From positions 1 through 58,541 of the IMG/VR virus record IMGVR_UViG_3300032282_004643: a DNA stretch of 58,541 nucleotides. One strand, written 5' to 3'. Position 1 is the stretch's first letter. The number at the start of each line of letters is the position of its first letter. The notes under the pieces were generated by a model that searched no databases, had not been told where the DNA came from, and saw only the letters and a list, made by a program, of their open reading frames with translations. Below are positions 54,616 through 58,541 of the stretch, in pieces. Source of the DNA: a virus. Lineage: Duplodnaviria; Caudoviricetes. The position numbers and the translations under genes were made by a program.

Positions 54616-54903
54616 TTAGTTTTCCTGTGCTGCTTCTACTTTTTTAATAGTAGATGGTGAGAACTTCTCCAATCCAGCGATACCAAATGAACCAAGTGTA
54701 ATGTACATAAATGAATTATAGACAAATTCGTGAATTTCTAACTTAATTCCGTACACACCAGTTACAATATCAACCAACGAATATATCGTCATAACAGCAA
54801 ACGACATAAACCCAATTATGGTTTTTTCATTGAAATGATTACTATCCTTAAAGATTTCGGCAAACTTGCTAAAAATCGTTTGTTGTATTTGTTTAGTATC
54901 CAT
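54616..54903 (-). CDS. Two-TM membrane protein
   Basis: NEKTIIGF...LGSFGIAGLEKF. Confidence 0.6.
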   Translation of the reverse strand: MDTKQIQQTIFSKFAEIFKDSNHFNEKTIIGFMSFAVMTIYSLVDIVTGVYGIKLEIHEFVYNSFMYITLGSFGIAGLEKFSPSTIKKVEAAQEN

Positions 54904-54908
54904 TTAAA

Positions 54909-55187
54909 TTACCACTTTGGTTCAGCTTTCGTCCAACCATCCTTCTTAGGTTCTGCGGGTTTTGTTGCTGGTGCAGCTGAACCACCCTTAGCACCACCTG
55001 CTTGCGTTTGACTATTGTTGATGATAATATTTGGTGCAGGAGCTGATACTGCTGCGGCGGGAGCTGGAGCTTCGTCACCACCCATCACCTTTTTACCAAT
55101 GACACCAGCAATGGCTGTTACAATAATTGTAACCAAACCAATGATGGCATTCTTCAATCCACCGCCACTTGATTGTTCTTCTGACAT
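54909..55187 (-). CDS. Small membrane-anchored Pro/Ala-rich protein
   Basis: AAGGAG SD; one TM. Confidence 0.65.
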   Translation of the reverse strand: MSEEQSSGGGLKNAIIGLVTIIVTAIAGVIGKKVMGGDEAPAPAAAVSAPAPNIIINNSQTQAGGAKGGSAAPATKPAEPKKDGWTKAEPKW

Positions 55188-55269
55188 GTTTCTCTCCTTT
55201 TAGATTGAGTTAAAATAAGTAAAGCTATAATACCAACCATTGCATCACGCAATTCATCTTCACGAGTCA

Positions 55270-55647
55270 TTAATGTTTAACAATTACAGGAATTTTTAAT
55301 ACACGACCTGTATTGTCCATTAAATTTAAATCGTATGCACCATCCACTACATTAGAATAATTTAGTGTAATTGTCATTTGTGATGCATTTGCCGTAAATC
55401 CATAGTTGTTAAGGATAGTTCCGTTGATATGAGTCAACTGAAAACTATACATCGCACCAGGAGTAACATTTACGGTAATTTCATATAACCCGGATGTCAG
55501 CGGACCAGGTATACCATTTACTGCCAATTGTTTTGATGGTACTCCCAAAGAAACATCTGTCCCGTCAAATACAGGATTTGTAATGGTGTCGTCTAAACGA
55601 CAACCTACAACGAACAACAACGCGGAAAATAGTATAATATTTTTCAT
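55270..55647 (-). CDS. Lipoprotein with Ig-like domain
   Basis: VVGC lipobox; GAYDLNL beta-sandwich end. Confidence 0.6.
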   Translation of the reverse strand: MKNIILFSALLFVVGCRLDDTITNPVFDGTDVSLGVPSKQLAVNGIPGPLTSGLYEITVNVTPGAMYSFQLTHINGTILNNYGFTANASQMTITLNYSNVVDGAYDLNLMDNTGRVLKIPVIVKH

Positions 55648-57389
55648 GGATTTTTAAAGAAGTTTGCACCAATTAACTTGATGACAGTGGTGTTGAAATT
55701 AATACCAACCTGATTACCCTTATCATCGGTAGCATCCATCGTTGGATATATCTGTACCGATGTGTTCAAATCCACACCAGTAGATACTGATGAAAATACC
55801 AATTTAAACGGAACTAAATTACTACCAGATAGTGTATTTTTTAAATCTTTATCAACTGCACCAAAACGAATAACACCATCATTATTATTAACGAATGTTA
55901 CCCAACTAGGTGTGTTCACTTCCATTTTTTCAAATTTTACCTTTGTAGGGTCATATTTTACTTCAAATTGTAAGCCCGTAAGTTTTGTTGTTTTTGTATC
56001 TACCGTAAACGGAATACTAACATTGTTTGAAGTAACAACAGAATTATTTAAACTTACGTCAATGCTTGGTGCATTTGGAACTACAAAATTACCAAATGTT
56101 GATACATAGGCAACATTGCTTGCTGCACGTATGGCAGCAGCTTCATTAGCTGTGGCACCTATAATTGAACTATGTGACAGATTTACATCTCCCTTGAACA
56201 CATATCGTAGATTTACTACCTGTTCTGCCGTTGATGTTTGTAATTGTGTATAATACGGATTTGCTAATGTTTTCCACGCGGTAAATCCTAATGTATCATA
56301 TACTGTATTACGAATTGTTGGGAGCGTCACAAAACAATTTGCCGAACATCCGGCAGGCGCTTTCACAATGGTATCTAATCCTACAACGGCGTTAAATATC
56401 TTTTGCACATCTCCGCCATCAAACTCACCATTCATATTTACATCAGCAGCCCAGTATTTAATACCTGCGTTAATGTTGGTGTTTTTGAATGTTCTATCTA
56501 AATTTTGTGTGATGAATTCTTGAACTGCTGCAGTATAATCTGAGATGGTTGTTGCTGCTTTACTGACGCTAGCAACACTATCAGCGGGAATCATTAGACG
56601 CATTCTATACCACGTAGTAGGTTGTAGTTGCTGTCCAAAACCAAAGTTTCCACTTGTACCTACCAAAGTATTACTTGCTTCTGTGGGCTGTGTTAATGTA
56701 TCTGTGATGGATAATTTCATCATTCCTTGTAGGCCTGATGAAATGTTGGCACCATGCTTTACATTACCCGACACAAGATTATTGGCATTAGAATTTAATT
56801 GAATCCAAACACCTTTTGCTCCTGACATCTGTGTGGTTTGTATGATATTACCACCAGCATCATATCCTACGGCAAAGTTCATATAGACAGAATCATATGG
56901 AAATCCTGCCGTGGTGTTTGTAATTTGAAACTTCAATGTCACGTAGGTAGCTTGGTCAAGATTGGCGGAGCTAGCCACATTCACCATAACGCGGTTAATG
57001 GCATGATAAAGAACGGTCTGTGCATTGCATGTATAGTTTGAAGCCATCCAATTGTTATATCCGTTGTTTGTAGTATTTTGTGCACTTCTATTAAATTTGC
57101 AATTTGGATAGAAATAATTCTGTACACTGAATGATGCAGCCTGTGGAATGCCTGCACCTTTTTCTACACTCAAAAATTGAATGGCATCTTTCTGATGTTG
57201 AAAATCAAAATAGATGGATCGAATGGATGAGAAGTTTGGATTCATTTTTACCACAAGAGCAATAGTATCGTTCTTTGAGATACTTGTGCCTCGTGTGTTT
57301 GTTGTAATGGTGCTACTTTCCCACCAAACAGATGGTTGTGCTGTTAGTATTGTAGGCACTAATAATAATGCGGCAAGTAGTTTTTTCAT
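55644..57389 (-). CDS. Exported protein with dockerin-like and cohesin-like domains
   Basis: AADVNMNGEFDGGD and GDVNLSH EF/dockerin-like motifs; C-terminal GLQFEVKYDPTKVKF cohesin-like. Confidence 0.65.
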   Translation of the reverse strand: MKKLLAALLLVPTILTAQPSVWWESSTITTNTRGTSISKNDTIALVVKMNPNFSSIRSIYFDFQHQKDAIQFLSVEKGAGIPQAASFSVQNYFYPNCKFNRSAQNTTNNGYNNWMASNYTCNAQTVLYHAINRVMVNVASSANLDQATYVTLKFQITNTTAGFPYDSVYMNFAVGYDAGGNIIQTTQMSGAKGVWIQLNSNANNLVSGNVKHGANISSGLQGMMKLSITDTLTQPTEASNTLVGTSGNFGFGQQLQPTTWYRMRLMIPADSVASVSKAATTISDYTAAVQEFITQNLDRTFKNTNINAGIKYWAADVNMNGEFDGGDVQKIFNAVVGLDTIVKAPAGCSANCFVTLPTIRNTVYDTLGFTAWKTLANPYYTQLQTSTAEQVVNLRYVFKGDVNLSHSSIIGATANEAAAIRAASNVAYVSTFGNFVVPNAPSIDVSLNNSVVTSNNVSIPFTVDTKTTKLTGLQFEVKYDPTKVKFEKMEVNTPSWVTFVNNNDGVIRFGAVDKDLKNTLSGSNLVPFKLVFSSVSTGVDLNTSVQIYPTMDATDDKGNQVGINFNTTVIKLIGANFFKNP

Positions 57390-57390
57390 A

Positions 57391-57894
57391 TCAGTTTGTC
57401 AATTTTCCAATGAGGGTTTCCGAAGACTTTTTCAACGCATTGGACAAGGAGGTTTGATTAAACTTTCCTCCTTGATCAATGATTAAAGTAGACATAGAAA
57501 TTTCTGACGAAGACTCTTCTGCAACCGCTTTCTTTAAGACTTTACCATCTTTGTTCACAATACTGCCCATCAACCGAATAACAACTTCTTCTGCGTTTTG
57601 ATGAAAGACTGAAATGTTCTTCTTGGTGGTCAGCACATCCAGATAGATAATTTCTACCCGTAATTTATTATCAGCGGAGGGACTTAATTCATAGTCCTTT
57701 TCCAATAGGAATTCTTCTAAAATATTTTTAACTCCAAACTCTAATCCTCGGTTTCCCGCTAAAGGACCGATTTGTACAGAGTTAGTGACTTTTTCTACAA
57801 ATATAGTTTTTTGCTGTGCCGCTAGGGTGTGTGATGAAGTGCACAATAGTATAATGGTTGCGCACATATTCATGACATGGGAAAACGGGTTCAT
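57391..57894 (-). CDS. Exported protein (CsgG-cluster associated)
   Basis: Signal peptide; FGVKNILEE and FNQTSLSNALKK echo motifs of the CsgG-like gene. Confidence 0.55.
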   Translation of the reverse strand: MNPFSHVMNMCATIILLCTSSHTLAAQQKTIFVEKVTNSVQIGPLAGNRGLEFGVKNILEEFLLEKDYELSPSADNKLRVEIIYLDVLTTKKNISVFHQNAEEVVIRLMGSIVNKDGKVLKKAVAEESSSEISMSTLIIDQGGKFNQTSLSNALKKSSETLIGKLTN

Positions 57895-57939
57895 AATGTC
57901 TCCAAAAGTAAAATAGACATTACAGAACCCGTTCGATAT

Positions 57940-57947
57940 TATAAATA
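57940..57947 (-). promoter_or_regulatory. Putative late promoter TATTTATA
   Basis: Heads exported-protein operon. Confidence 0.55.
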
Positions 57948-57983
57948 GTATTTGAAAACCGTTTCCGCTACGGTTAAATATTA

Positions 57984-58469
57984 TTAACTATTTGCTGTGT
58001 GGTTAGGATCTTCTAATTGTTGAATGTACGAATCAATTATTCTGGATACCGCTTCTGGTTTTGTATCCGCCTTAAATTTTACTTTAATTTTGGCTATACC
58101 CGAACCATCGGAATTTTTCCCAGAATCTACTTCAATTGATTTAATATTATGTTGGTGGTCCCTTCTCTTAAATATACCCAACACAGATTTTTTAATATTA
58201 GATACTTGTGTTTCGTCGTTACCAAATATCAATCGAGCTTCGAATTCAATATCTAACTCATCGAGCCCGATTGATGAATGGTCTGCGAGAATATATAATG
58301 GTACTACCAAATCTCTATCTCCAATTTTAAAGGTAGTAGTTTTAGGAGTACCATTATCATTAAAATAATTGCGAACTGCATTGATGTGTTGTTTTTCACT
58401 GATACTATTAGCTACCATACCAGCTTCGAGTAACCCAGCAACCAATTCTTCAATATTCAGCCGTGCCAT
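57984..58469 (-). CDS. DUF2589-like protein
   Basis: VPLYILADHSSIGLDELDIEF...PEAVSRIID pattern. Confidence 0.6.
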   Translation of the reverse strand: MARLNIEELVAGLLEAGMVANSISEKQHINAVRNYFNDNGTPKTTTFKIGDRDLVVPLYILADHSSIGLDELDIEFEARLIFGNDETQVSNIKKSVLGIFKRRDHQHNIKSIEVDSGKNSDGSGIAKIKVKFKADTKPEAVSRIIDSYIQQLEDPNHTANS

Positions 58470-58494
58470 ATATAACCTTTGTGTTAAAGTTTAA

Positions 58495-58541
58495 TTACTT
58501 ACTTTGTGGATCTTCTGTCAATGGAATCAACGATGGTTCTA
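58495..58541 (-). CDS. 3' end of upstream gene (partial)
   Basis: ...EPSLIPLTEDPQSK*. Confidence 0.45.
   Translation of the reverse strand, partial: EPSLIPLTEDPQSK

Noticed and set aside
1-58541. Stop-codon recoding
   Set aside because: Genes are full length in code 11, TAA, TAG and TGA all serve as stops, and no suppressor anticodon tRNA was seen

Overview
Fragment of a large (jumbo-type, T4-like/myovirus) bacteriophage genome. It is AT-rich and essentially all genes lie on the minus strand in standard code 11. From left to right it holds: (i) a fused Mre11/SbcD-Rad50/SbcC gene (partial), a DNA primase and a resolvase-like nuclease; (ii) a virion baseplate/tail block (gp25-, gp6- and gp5-like proteins and large structural proteins); (iii) a gp55-like late sigma factor, a lysozyme-like protein, guaB, a GT2, uvsE and Hsp20; (iv) an ~12 kb tRNA island (28.8-40.7 kb) with 29 tRNAs covering all 20 amino acids, including rare Ile(UAU), Ser(ACU) and Arg(UCG), interleaved with four intact HNH endonuclease genes, one decayed HNH remnant, several unannotated structured RNAs and a 30-aa bS22-like basic peptide; (v) tmRNA, ugd, GT4, a sulfotransferase, purA, an amidase and a lipase; (vi) an exported-protein cluster (CsgG-like, cohesin/dockerin-like, DUF2589-like). 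The most striking observation is a set of tRNA-linked HNH cassettes. Some leave an orphan 5' tRNA fragment upstream, some end inside the downstream tRNA, and three carry a late promoter in the loop of an RBS-sequestering hairpin. Sigma70-type promoters, SD usage and some host-like genes suggest a non-Bacteroidota host, possibly Gemmatimonadota (inference). All calls come from reading the sequence and recalling motifs; no database searches were run.
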